NCBI GenBank assembly: GCA_963809895.1
Contig: CAWELD010000010.1
Location: 448,001 to 512,000 of the forward strand
Direction: 5' to 3'
DNA: 64,000 nt
From: an uncultured Gemmatimonadales bacterium
GTDB lineage: Bacteria > Gemmatimonadota > Gemmatimonadetes > Longimicrobiales > Gaopeijiaceae
Positions 32,278 through 41,365 of the stretch are shown piece by piece; the first letter of the stretch is position 1, and each line of letters begins with the position of its first letter. The translations under genes and the position numbers were made by a program. Below the pieces are notes generated by a model. The model searched no databases. It saw only the letters and a program-made list of their open reading frames with translations, and had not been told where the DNA came from.

Positions 32278-34979
32278 GCGCTCCCGTCCGCGGAGTACTG
32301 GCCGCGTGGAGCATCCTCGTGCCCCGGGAATTCCGCGAGGCGCTGGTGGGGGATCTCCTCGAGGGGCTGGCTCGTGTGCGGCGACGGGGGCGATGGAAGG
32401 CGGCGATGTGGCTCGCCGCGGAGATGGCGCGCACGCCCTACGTGGGCCTCTGGCGCCAGGCACGCCGGGGCGTCACGAGGCGCGCGAGCGGCTCCGGCCC
32501 CCGACAGGTGAAACGACGCTGGGGGGACGGTATGGGGACGACGCTCAAGATCGCTGCGCGGATGCTCGTTCGGCGACCCGGATTCGCCGGTGTGGCGGTG
32601 GCGACGCTGGCGCTCAGCGTCGGGGCCGCGACGCTGATTTTCGGTCTCCTGAACGCGGTGCTGCTGCGGCCCTTGCCGTATCCACAGCCCGATGCGCTCT
32701 ACGAGGTCTACGGCACCAACACCGCGTGGCGCGACGGAGACCAGGCGTTCCTGAAGGCGGCCTGGGACCGGGCGCCCATCTCCGCCACCATGGCCGAGGC
32801 GTGGCGCGAGCAGGGCGCTGTCCAGGTGGGGACGTTTCAACCCGACTCGCGGACCACGCGTGTGGCGGAGGGTCCGGCGGAGCCCCTGAGCGGTGCACTC
32901 GTGGGCGCGCACTTCTTCGAGACGCTGGGAGTCCAGCCCCTCCTGGGCCGCTTGCCGACCGCTGACGAGGTGGCTGCGGCCCAGCCTGTGGTGGTGATCC
33001 ACGAGAGTCTCTGGGCGAGGGATTTCGGGCGGGACCCGGAGGTGGTGGGGCAGACCCTGGAGTTGGACGGGACCCCCTACACCGTCGTGGGCGTCATGCC
33101 TCGTACCTTTGCCCTGCCGGCTCAGGGCACCCGCTGGTGGGCGCCCTTCCCGCAGGAATTCGCGGACTACGCCGACGCGACCGTCCTGAGCGCGGTGGTG
33201 CGACTGGGCCCGGACGCCACGGCCTCGTCAGCCGCTGAGGCCATGAACGCCGTAGTGGACAACCTGGCCACCGCGGAGCCTGCCTACGAGCCGTTGGGCG
33301 CCCGCATCGTGCCGCTCCGCGAGGAGGTGCTGGGCTCGGTGAGCGACGGCCTCCGGCTCCTGTTCGCGGCCGTGTGCGTGGTGGTCCTGATCGCGTGCGT
33401 GAATCTGGCGAACCTGGTGGTGGCCCGAGGCGCTCGCCGCATGCCGGAGCTCGCCGTGCGCGCGGCGCTGGGGGCGGGCCGGGGAGGGCTCGTGGGTGCG
33501 GTGCTCACGGAGGTGGGCCTGCTCTGCCTCGTGGGGGTGGCGCTGGGCGTGGGGATCGCCGCCCTGACGCTGGGCCCGCTGGTGTCGTTCCTGACGGCGG
33601 CCATGCCGGACTTTCCGCGGGCGCAGGACGTGTCGCTGAGTCTGCCGGTGCTGGCCTTCGCCGTGGGCGTGATGCTGCTCACGGCCGTGTTGGCCGGGCT
33701 GTTGCCGGCGCTGTCGGTGGCGCGGCGAGCCCCGGCCGAGTACCTGCGGGCGGGGAAGCGGAGCGGACGGTCCCTCGGCATCCGGCGCACCCAGGCGGGG
33801 CTGCTGTTCGCCGAGGCGGGTCTGGCCATGCTGCTCCTGGTGGGTGCCGGGCTTCTCACGCGCAGCATGGCGCACGCGCTCCGTCTGGATCCCGGATTCG
33901 ATTCTCGGGGGATCGCGTATCTGTCGCTCCAGTTTCCCGAGGGACGGTTTCCCGACGACGCGGACGTGGTTCAGGCGCTGGACGAGCTGGAGGGACGCCT
34001 GGCCCGGGTGCCACAGGTGGCTGGCGTCGTGGAGGCGCGCCCGCTGCCGTCGCTAGGCGGGAATACCATGACTCCCGTGCGACCCGAGGGAGCGCCGGCG
34101 GACCAGGCCGGCATGGTGCTGCGGCCCTCGGTGGGGCCCGGCTACTTCCGGGCGTTGTCGATCCCGTTGCTCGAGGGGCGCGGATTCGAGCCCGCCGATG
34201 GCCCGGACGCGCCTCCCGTGGCCGTGGTGAGCGCCTCGCTGGCGCGCCAGCTCTTCGGCGACGAGGACGCCATCGGACGGGTCATCGTCGCGGCAGACGG
34301 TGCCGTCCTGACCGGCGCGCGGGCCGATGTGAGCAAGGAGACGTCCATGCGGATCGTGGGCGTGGTGGGCGAGGTCCGGCAGCTCGCGGTGGTGCGCGAG
34401 GCCGAGCCGGTCCTGTATCGGCCCTTCCGGCAGTCGTCGCTTCGTTACCCGACGCTGGCGGTGACCACCGAGGGTGATCCGAGGCGCGCGCTCGCCTCCG
34501 TACGGGCTGCCGCCGGGGAGCAGGACGGCGTCGTGATCGACGACGCGGGCGTCTACCGCCGCCAGACCTTCCGCATACTCGCCCCGGTGCGATTGCGTAC
34601 CGTGCTGCTCGGGGCGCTGGCGGGGTTGGCGGCGGTGCTCGCCATGGTGGGGATCTACGGGGTGGTGAGCTACGTGGTCTCGGATCAGCGGCGGGAGATC
34701 GGCATCCGCATGGCGTTGGGCGCCCACGCGGGCGGCGAGACCGGCCGCATGATCCGTCAGGCGCTCCTCCCGAGCCTCACGGGGGCGGTGCTCGGGTTGG
34801 CGGTGGCGTCCGCGCTCTCGCGGGTCCTGGAGTCGTCGATCTTCGAGATCAGCCACCTGGATCCGCTGACGTACGCCGCGGCATTCGCGCTCCTGGTCGT
34901 GGTGGCGACGATGGCCGCGTGGTGGCCCGCCCGCCGTGCCGCGCGGGTGGAGCCGGTGACGGCGCTGAACGAGGAGTAG
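32274..34979 (+). CDS. Duplicated orphan ABC permease (ADOP, MacB/FtsX-type)
   Basis: LLRPLPY, LIACVNLANL, ELAVRAALGAGR, EIGIRMALGA and PARRAARVEP; ATGA overlap with padR. Confidence 0.92.
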   Translation: MSAPVRGVLAAWSILVPREFREALVGDLLEGLARVRRRGRWKAAMWLAAEMARTPYVGLWRQARRGVTRRASGSGPRQVKRRWGDGMGTTLKIAARMLVRRPGFAGVAVATLALSVGAATLIFGLLNAVLLRPLPYPQPDALYEVYGTNTAWRDGDQAFLKAAWDRAPISATMAEAWREQGAVQVGTFQPDSRTTRVAEGPAEPLSGALVGAHFFETLGVQPLLGRLPTADEVAAAQPVVVIHESLWARDFGRDPEVVGQTLELDGTPYTVVGVMPRTFALPAQGTRWWAPFPQEFADYADATVLSAVVRLGPDATASSAAEAMNAVVDNLATAEPAYEPLGARIVPLREEVLGSVSDGLRLLFAAVCVVVLIACVNLANLVVARGARRMPELAVRAALGAGRGGLVGAVLTEVGLLCLVGVALGVGIAALTLGPLVSFLTAAMPDFPRAQDVSLSLPVLAFAVGVMLLTAVLAGLLPALSVARRAPAEYLRAGKRSGRSLGIRRTQAGLLFAEAGLAMLLLVGAGLLTRSMAHALRLDPGFDSRGIAYLSLQFPEGRFPDDADVVQALDELEGRLARVPQVAGVVEARPLPSLGGNTMTPVRPEGAPADQAGMVLRPSVGPGYFRALSIPLLEGRGFEPADGPDAPPVAVVSASLARQLFGDEDAIGRVIVAADGAVLTGARADVSKETSMRIVGVVGEVRQLAVVREAEPVLYRPFRQSSLRYPTLAVTTEGDPRRALASVRAAAGEQDGVVIDDAGVYRRQTFRILAPVRLRTVLLGALAGLAAVLAMVGIYGVVSYVVSDQRREIGIRMALGAHAGGETGRMIRQALLPSLTGAVLGLAVASALSRVLESSIFEISHLDPLTYAAAFALLVVVATMAAWWPARRAARVEPVTALNEE

Positions 34980-35036
34980 GCGGAGAGGCACGCGAGCCGA
35001 GGCCGGCCCCGATGACCGCCTGCAGGCCGTGGGTGT

Positions 35037-35196
35037 CGCGTGCCAGGGCCGAATCAGGCTGGGTTTCGCAGCCAGAGATGGCAGCGGCGAGGGGCGCGGG
35101 CTGCAAAGTCCAGGACTATCCTGGGGTTCGCAGCCACGGAAGGGGCGGCGCAGGTCTGGGGCTGCAGACACCATGATAGTCATGGTGTTCGCAGCC
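35037..35196. repeat. Three ~37-bp hairpin units at a 61-62-bp period (REP-like)
   Basis: All end in TTCGCAGCC (35073, 35135, 35196); units 2 and 3 start GGCTGC and fold back with 3-nt loops. Confidence 0.75.
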
Positions 35197-35279
35197 GTCT
35201 CGCGTGATTCTGCGATTGACGGCGGCGATCACCATCATCCGTCCACCCAGGGCGACGCCCCCCACGAAGCCTCCGTCCC

Positions 35280-36191
35280 CTACCGGAATCCCTCCATCTG
35301 AATCCCCCGCACGAAGTAGCGCTGGGTGAAGAAGAAGAGGATGACGATGGGGAGCACCGCCGTCGCTCCGGCGGCCATCTGATAGGGCCAGTTCACCTCG
35401 TAGGTGCCGTGGAAGGAGGCGATGCCCACCTCCACCACGCGCATGGCCTGCGAGCGGGTGGCCAGCAGGGGCCAGAGCAGGTTCTTCCAGGCGTCGATGA
35501 AGGCGAACAGCGCCAGGGTGGCCAGGGCGGGCCGGGCCAGGGGCAGCGCCACGCTCCAGAAGATGCGGAAGGGCCCGGCGCCGTCGATGCGGGCGGCGTC
35601 CTCGAGCTCGCGGGGGACGGTCCGGAAGTACTGACGCATGAGAAAGATCCCCCAGACCGAGACCAGCTCGGTACTCACCAGTCCCTGGTAGGTGTCCACC
35701 CATCCCAGCGACTCGATGAGGAGGAAGCGGGGGATGAGGACCACCACCGCCGGGACCATCATGGTGGAGAGCACGAGCAGGAAGAAGCGGTCGCGCCCGC
35801 GGAATTCGAGGCGGGCGAAGGCGTAGCCCGCGGTGGTGGCGGTGAAGAGCTGGCCCGCCACCACGCAGGTGGCGAACACGGCCGAGTTGAGGAAGTAGCG
35901 GGCGAAGGGCTGGGCCGTGAGGGCGCCTGAGTAGTTGCCCCAGTGGGGCGGGTCCGGAAGAAGGTCGGGGGGATAGCGGAAGACGTCGAGCTGCCCCTGC
36001 AGGCTCGTCACCAGCATCCACACGAAGGGAAAGAGCATGGTGAGGGCCGCCAGGATCGTGGCGGTCCAGGCCAGCGGCGTCAGCCAGTCGCGCCGGCGCC
36101 GGGGATGTCGCTCGTCGCCGGGTCGTTCGTCGCGTGGTCGCTCGTCGCCGGGTCGATGGTCGTCGGGTCGGCGGTCGCCTCGGGCGCTCAT
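35280..36191 (-). CDS. Carbohydrate ABC transporter permease (MalG-like)
   Basis: ELEDAARIDGA EAA motif, AGYAFARL; ATGA overlap with the upstream permease. Confidence 0.92.
   Translation of the reverse strand: MSARGDRRPDDHRPGDERPRDERPGDERHPRRRRDWLTPLAWTATILAALTMLFPFVWMLVTSLQGQLDVFRYPPDLLPDPPHWGNYSGALTAQPFARYFLNSAVFATCVVAGQLFTATTAGYAFARLEFRGRDRFFLLVLSTMMVPAVVVLIPRFLLIESLGWVDTYQGLVSTELVSVWGIFLMRQYFRTVPRELEDAARIDGAGPFRIFWSVALPLARPALATLALFAFIDAWKNLLWPLLATRSQAMRVVEVGIASFHGTYEVNWPYQMAAGATAVLPIVILFFFTQRYFVRGIQMEGFR
36107..36181. repeat. 15-bp tandem repeat, five degenerate units (RPGDE-like peptide)
   Basis: gtcgctcgtcgccgg and variants in the permease N-terminus. Confidence 0.7.
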
Positions 36192-38002
36192 GCCGCTGCC
36201 TCCGCGGTGCGCCGCTCCAGGATGCGGAAATGGAGCCAGGTCACGGCGAAGATGAGGGCGAACAGGATCCAGCTCATGGCGGCGGCGTTGCCGAAGCGCA
36301 GGAACTCCCACGCCTCCTGGTAGATGTGGTAGACCGCCACGTCGGTGCTCCGGAGCGGGCCGCCCTCGGTCATGACGTAGACCGCGCCGAAGACCTGGAA
36401 GGAGCCGATGACCGACGTCACCAGGACGAAGAAGATGGTGTGGCGGAGCCCGGGTAGCGTGACGTGCAGGAAGCGGCGCCACGGCCCGGCGCCGTCGATG
36501 CGTGCGGCCTCGTAGAGCTCCCGCGGTATCGCCGCCAGCCCCGCCTGGAAGAGGATCATCTGGTAGCCCACCACGAGCCAGACGCCCAGCAGCATGATGG
36601 AGAGGAGCGCCGTGCGGGGTGAGGTGAGCCAGGGCACGGGGCCCAGCCCCACCTTGCCCAGCAGCCAGTTGAGGAGGCCGTACTGATCGTTGAGCATCCA
36701 CTGCCAGACCACCGCGATGGCCACCAGGCTGGTGATGCTGGGCAGGAAGAGGGCGGCCCGCACCAGGAGCACGCCCCGGGTGCGGCGGTGCACCAGGAGG
36801 GCGAATCCCAGCGCCACCGCCATGGCCACCGGCACGTGCAGCGTGAACAGGGCCGTGTTGCCGATGGCGTTCCAGAAGGGCCCATCCCGGAGGAGCGTCA
36901 GGTAGTGACCCAGGCCGACGAAGGGGCGGGCCGGGTCCACCAGCGACCATTCGTGCAGGGAGAGCCAGAGCGCGAAGGCCAGGGGTCCCAGCGTGAAGAC
37001 CGCCAGGTGCAGCGTCGCCGGTGTCAGGAACGCCCAGGCCACCAGGTTGCGGCGGAGCTCCAGACGGCGCGCCACCAGCGGCGCCAGCGTCATGGGGAGC
37101 GTCGCCAACAGCAGCCCCGCCAGCCCCACGCCCAGGAGCGCACCCCAGGGCGAGTGAGTGTGCTCGTACGGGACCATGGCGAGGATCACCGGCCCCAGGT
37201 CGGCCAGCGCCCAGGGCGCCCGGTCGACGGTGGTCCGGTCGGGAAGGGGGCGGGGCGCGGCGGCGAGGGTGGCGGCGGTGGTGGGGAGGAGCGTCGTCGT
37301 GGTGACCTCGCCGCCTGGCGCCACTCGTACGAAGGACAGGCCGGTGAGGCGGGCTACGCCGCCGGGCCGATCTATCACGGCGTCACGGTCCGGCACCGCC
37401 TGAAGGGCGCGCAGGGCCGTCTCCATCCGGGTGTCGGTGAGGTCCGTCAGGGCGTCCTGGCTCCAGCGACCCGCCAGCCCCAGCGAGCCGGCCAGGACGA
37501 CCGCCGCCAGAAGCGCCGGCCCAACCATGCCGGCCGGCCGGCCCGAGGCCGCCAGTCCGGGCCACACGGCCGCGATGCCGAGCAGTGCCGCCGCCGCCAG
37601 GGCGGCCATGAGGACCACCCGATCGGGTAGCCGCGGCCGGTCGGCCGGATCTTCGGAGAGTTCGAGGGTGCCCGCCGGCGTCCATCCATCGGCGGCGTAG
37701 ACGGTAGCGCGGGCGACGCGGCCGTCGGGGCCCTGTGCGAGGACCGGCCGGTCGAGGCCGCTCTCGCTCGGGGGGTCGATGCGCCAGCGCTGTTGGAAGA
37801 GCCGGTCCAGGAGCCCGGGCCCCCCGACCTCCGCATGGAGCGCCACCGCGATTCCGGCCTCGGCTCGCAGGAGCTCGCCAGCCGCGCCGTCCACCGCCCG
37901 CCGAGTCAGCGCGAGGCCGAGCCCCAGGGTGGCCAGCAGAAGGACGCCAGCCACGGCGGCCAGGAGGGTGCGGGGACGGGTCAGCGAAACGGTGCGCTCC
38001 AT
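36188..38002 (-). CDS. Carbohydrate ABC transporter permease (MalF-like) with ~300-aa N-terminal extension
   Basis: FVGLGHY, ELYEAARIDGA and MTEGGP motifs in the C-terminal half. Confidence 0.88.
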   Translation of the reverse strand: MERTVSLTRPRTLLAAVAGVLLLATLGLGLALTRRAVDGAAGELLRAEAGIAVALHAEVGGPGLLDRLFQQRWRIDPPSESGLDRPVLAQGPDGRVARATVYAADGWTPAGTLELSEDPADRPRLPDRVVLMAALAAAALLGIAAVWPGLAASGRPAGMVGPALLAAVVLAGSLGLAGRWSQDALTDLTDTRMETALRALQAVPDRDAVIDRPGGVARLTGLSFVRVAPGGEVTTTTLLPTTAATLAAAPRPLPDRTTVDRAPWALADLGPVILAMVPYEHTHSPWGALLGVGLAGLLLATLPMTLAPLVARRLELRRNLVAWAFLTPATLHLAVFTLGPLAFALWLSLHEWSLVDPARPFVGLGHYLTLLRDGPFWNAIGNTALFTLHVPVAMAVALGFALLVHRRTRGVLLVRAALFLPSITSLVAIAVVWQWMLNDQYGLLNWLLGKVGLGPVPWLTSPRTALLSIMLLGVWLVVGYQMILFQAGLAAIPRELYEAARIDGAGPWRRFLHVTLPGLRHTIFFVLVTSVIGSFQVFGAVYVMTEGGPLRSTDVAVYHIYQEAWEFLRFGNAAAMSWILFALIFAVTWLHFRILERRTAEAAA

Positions 38003-38104
38003 GGGAGCGGGAAGCTAGGTCGGTCCGGCCGATCAGACCATTCGGCCGCCCGGCGGTATCGATGACGCTTGACGGGGGATCCCGCATCAACCCGGGCTTG
38101 CGGC

Positions 38105-38125
38105 TTGTATCATTAATGCTACAAT
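38105..38125 (+). promoter_or_regulatory. Palindromic operator overlapping an extended -10
   Basis: TTGTATCATT-AATGCTACAA (one mismatch) containing TGnTACAAT, ~15 bp before the DUF4160 gene. Confidence 0.65.
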
Positions 38126-38140
38126 GGGATAGTGAGCACG

Positions 38141-38392
38141 GTGCCCACGGTCATATAGGACGGCGAACTCCAGTTCGTCGTGCACACCCGGGAGCTGCCA
38201 TTCGAGCCGCCGCACGTGCATGTGCGTTTCGGAGGTGCCGAAGTGAGAATCGAGCTGATTGCGGGGACATTCATGGAGGATCCTCCCGAAGGGGATCGCC
38301 GGGCGATCGTCACCGCGTTCTCGCGACACGCCGCTGCGATTCGTCGGGCCTGGGAGGAGATTCACGGCTCGCCAGCAGAGGGCCGACAGTGA
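38141..38392 (+). pseudogene. DUF4160-family protein (putative TA toxin) with in-frame TAG at codon 6
   Basis: MPTVI*DGELQFVVHTRE...EPPHVHV...AWEEIHG matches the DUF4160 pattern. Confidence 0.7.
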
Positions 38393-38874
38393 GTGGCGCA
38401 CCCATGACCTACGTTCGAGGTGCCGACCGTATGATGACGGGTGCTCGCCTCACGCCCGAAGGGCTCCACGTGCTGTTCGCGGATGATCACTCCGCGGTGA
38501 TTCCCCGGGCGGTGCTGGACCTCGGAGGTGCGCCTGTTCGTGTGGGTCTACCCACCCCTTACGCCATCGAGGTGCACCTGGACGACGAGCGGGTCGAAGA
38601 AGTCCCCTGGGATTTCGCACGTCACTTCGCCGACCCGGATCACCGGCGTCGTTCCATCGCTATCGTGGAGCGGAGCGGTAGGGTATTGGGAGAGCGCCTA
38701 CGGGAACTCCGTTCCGCGGCAGGGCTCACTCAGGAAGCGCTTGCGCAAAGGGCAGGAGTGAGTCGCGTCACCATCGCGCGTATTGAGGTGGGGGACCACC
38801 TGCCTCGCTACCAGACCATGGAGGCGCTGGCGGCCGGGCTTGGTGCACCGATCAGTCGCCTGATCGTGGGGTGA
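38389..38874 (+). CDS. XRE-family HTH protein with N-terminal DUF2442-like domain (putative antitoxin)
   Basis: LRELRSAAGLTQEALAQRAGVSRVTIARIE...P HTH; GTGA overlap with DUF4160. The N-domain call is an inference from context. Confidence 0.75.
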   Translation: MSGAPMTYVRGADRMMTGARLTPEGLHVLFADDHSAVIPRAVLDLGGAPVRVGLPTPYAIEVHLDDERVEEVPWDFARHFADPDHRRRSIAIVERSGRVLGERLRELRSAAGLTQEALAQRAGVSRVTIARIEVGDHLPRYQTMEALAAGLGAPISRLIVG

Positions 38875-38896
38875 GGGCCCAGTCCACCCATCCTGA

Positions 38897-39462
38897 TCAC
38901 CCCAGCAACTCGATCCCGAGGGCCCGGGCCGCGTCGGTGACCGCCGGACTCTCCACCGCGAGGACGCCCGGCTGTCCGAAGGTGAGCCGCCCCTCGGTCC
39001 GGGACGTGAACAGGACCCAGGTGTGCCAGTCTCCCCAGAAGCTCGACCACCAGCGGAGTCCGGCGTAGCCCGAGTCCCACAGAGCGCGGGCCATGGGCTG
39101 TGTAGTCGTCCGTGACGGGACGCCGAGCGATCGGGCGCGATCTCCCGGCGCGCCAGAACGGTCGGATCGCAGAGGTCCGCGACCTGGAGACCGGACGTAT
39201 CCAGGTGCACCTTCACCAGTGCCAGTGGGCGGGAGGCGCGCTGAAGATGTGCCGAACCGATTCGACCGCCCCTCCATGGCTGGATGGCTTCGGCGACGGC
39301 GTGCTCAGGGGTCTCGGCAAGGTAGAGAACCGAGGAGAGGTTCCGCGGAAGATCGAAGCGCCCCCGTCCCGAAGGATGAGGCACGAATTCCGGTGAGTAG
39401 CGCTGCCCGTCCGCGACGCCACGCTCCCAGGGGAACACCCTCCAGAGCTCAGCCGTAGGCAC
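38897..39462 (-). pseudogene. RES-domain toxin with frameshift near 39111
   Basis: GRFD, LYLAE...AVAE and ADL in one frame; TQ..AR and GLRWWS in the other. Confidence 0.78.
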
Positions 39463-39818
39463 CCGCCTTCTCCGCCTCGATCGCACCGATGACGTCGGCT
39501 ACGTGACCTCGCCGGATCAGGTACAAGGGCGTACGGTTGTCCAAGATGGACGTTGGCGCCCCTGAGCCACGCGCCGACCGTCTCCGGCTCGATCCAGCGG
39601 CCGAGCATCTCTGCCACGAGGGCCAGTCCGCCCAGGCGGTCGGCGTTGTCGGGATCGGGCGTCTGCCCCTTGCGCCAGCGGGAGACCTGAGAGGCGGACA
39701 CTCCCAGCGCATCCGCCACGGCGCGGTCCGATCCCAGAGCGGCGCGGCACGCGTCCAGATGCAGAGAGGACGGGGTCGGGCTCGTTTCAGAAGAGGCAGG
39801 TTGTGCGAGCGTGGTCAT
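39449..39818 (-). pseudogene. Xre/MbcA/ParS-type antitoxin with frameshift near 39542
   Basis: HTH VADALGVSASQVSRW; WLRGANVHL then DNRTPLYLI..G in the shifted frame; overlaps the RES gene. Confidence 0.8.
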
Positions 39819-39830
39819 GCTTGAAGATAT

Positions 39831-39866
39831 CGCAACGCTAATCGTTGCGCAACGAAATATGTTGCG
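39831..39866 (-). promoter_or_regulatory. Two overlapping 19-bp inverted repeats (antitoxin operator)
   Basis: CGCAAC-N7-GTTGCG at 39831-39849 and 39848-39866, 12 bp upstream of the antitoxin ATG. Confidence 0.7.
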
Positions 39867-39883
39867 TGTCCTTCAAGGCGCGA

Positions 39884-40453
39884 CTAGCTGGTCCTGAACA
39901 GCGCGGACAGGTCGATGGTGAGCGTTGCGCCCGCCCCGATCGGGGTCCAGCGCAGTGAGTCATCGCCCTCACTCACTACGGGCCTGGTCTTTCCCCCCGC
40001 CAGCTCCCAGACCTCTACTCGTCCCTTGTCGGGATCGACGATCCAGTACTCGGTCACGCCGAACAGCCGGTACCGTTCGAGCTTGAGGCCGTAGTCGCGG
40101 GCTTCTGTCGAGGGAGACAGAATCTCCACTACGAGGTCGGGTGCTCCCTCCACCCCCCGGTCGCTCAGGATGTCGGCTCTGTCCTTTCGGACGAAGACGA
40201 TATCGGGCTCCAGGTAGTCGCCCTCGGCCAGGAGGACATCCAGAGGAGCGGGGAACACCTCTCCAAGACGGTGCTTCTCCACGAAACCGAAGAGCCGTGC
40301 GAACAGTCGTCCTGCGATCCTCTGATGGTGCAGCGACGGCGTCGGTGTCACGGCGAGCTGGTCGTCGATGACCTCGAAGCGCGTGCCGCCCGATTCCGGA
40401 AGACGTGCGAACTCCGAGTAGGTCCAACGCTTGCGCGTGTTCTTGGCCTCCAT
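39884..40453 (-). CDS. Uma2 (DUF820) family endonuclease-like protein
   Basis: HQ, EPDI, GAPDLVVEILSPST, K...Y and GVTEYWIVDP motifs. Confidence 0.92.
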   Translation of the reverse strand: MEAKNTRKRWTYSEFARLPESGGTRFEVIDDQLAVTPTPSLHHQRIAGRLFARLFGFVEKHRLGEVFPAPLDVLLAEGDYLEPDIVFVRKDRADILSDRGVEGAPDLVVEILSPSTEARDYGLKLERYRLFGVTEYWIVDPDKGRVEVWELAGGKTRPVVSEGDDSLRWTPIGAGATLTIDLSALFRTS

Positions 40454-40606
40454 GGCATCTCCCCCCTCCCAGCAAGCTAGCTCTCGGACTGCGGAGGGAA
40501 CAACGATGCGGGGCCCCGTAGGGCGAGTCGATGGCTGGACGGGACGGGTGCGGGGCACACGTCGAGCTACCGGGAAGATGCGGCAGGGCTCTTCCAGGTC
40601 CGGGGC

Positions 40607-41176
40607 TCACCGACCGGGGAGCCACCCGGCGGACCGGAGCCGGCCGAGTGCCCGGCTCTCCCATGCATGGAACGTACGCTGCACCCGGAGGCCGACGGAT
40701 CGGATCACGGGAATGACCAACAGCAGCCCGGCCACGATGAATACATCGGCCAGGTTGAAGAACATCTGGAGCCCCTCTCGCCGCGTGAGGAAAGCCACCG
40801 GATCGATGCCGATGAAGTCCACCACCGCTCCGCCACGGCCGATGAGGTCGATGAGGTTCCCGAGGCCGCCGACGGCGATGAGCGCGAACCCGAGACGCTG
40901 GCGGATGCGGAGCCCGGCGGCCCGCGCGGCGACCCAGGCGCAGATCGCGAAGATGGCGAGCCGCGCGAGCACGATCAGATCGGCAGGCAGGGCGCCGGCG
41001 CCCAGCGACAGCACGAGCGCCTCGTTGCTGACGTGTGCCAGCGTGAAGGGACCTGCTTCCAGCGGATGATGAAGCGTGGTCGCCCAGGACTTGCTCGCGA
41101 AGTCCATCGCCAACGCGACGAGGGCGAAGGGGAAGATCATCCGGAGCGGCATCGGGGCCGGGCGTGGCTCGTTCAT
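40607..41176 (-). CDS. lspA: Signal peptidase II family protein (divergent)
   Basis: D..SK, GGLGNLID, VVDFI and FNLAD motifs. Confidence 0.8.
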   Translation of the reverse strand: MNEPRPAPMPLRMIFPFALVALAMDFASKSWATTLHHPLEAGPFTLAHVSNEALVLSLGAGALPADLIVLARLAIFAICAWVAARAAGLRIRQRLGFALIAVGGLGNLIDLIGRGGAVVDFIGIDPVAFLTRREGLQMFFNLADVFIVAGLLLVIPVIRSVGLRVQRTFHAWESRALGRLRSAGWLPGR

Positions 41177-41365
41177 GGCCACTCGAAGGGTCAAGGACCG
41201 TGCCGCCACCCGTTTCCGTTCCCGCTCGGGTCCTGCAATCGACCCGAATGTGCTGCTATTTCGGGAGTTCCGGGGGTGACCGGGAGGCCGCGGACGAGCG
41301 ACGACCTGTTGCGGCCGCGCCGCAGCCTGCCGTGTGGCTGCCGCCCTCCGGGGGCGGCTCGGCCC

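Noticed and set aside
35037..35196. CRISPR or TIGR-like array
   Set aside because: Only three units, the variation lies inside the repeat itself, and no cas or Nop-domain gene is in the window.
38156..38158. Pyrrolysine or amber recoding
   Set aside because: TAG is a normal stop for many genes here and no pyl genes are visible.
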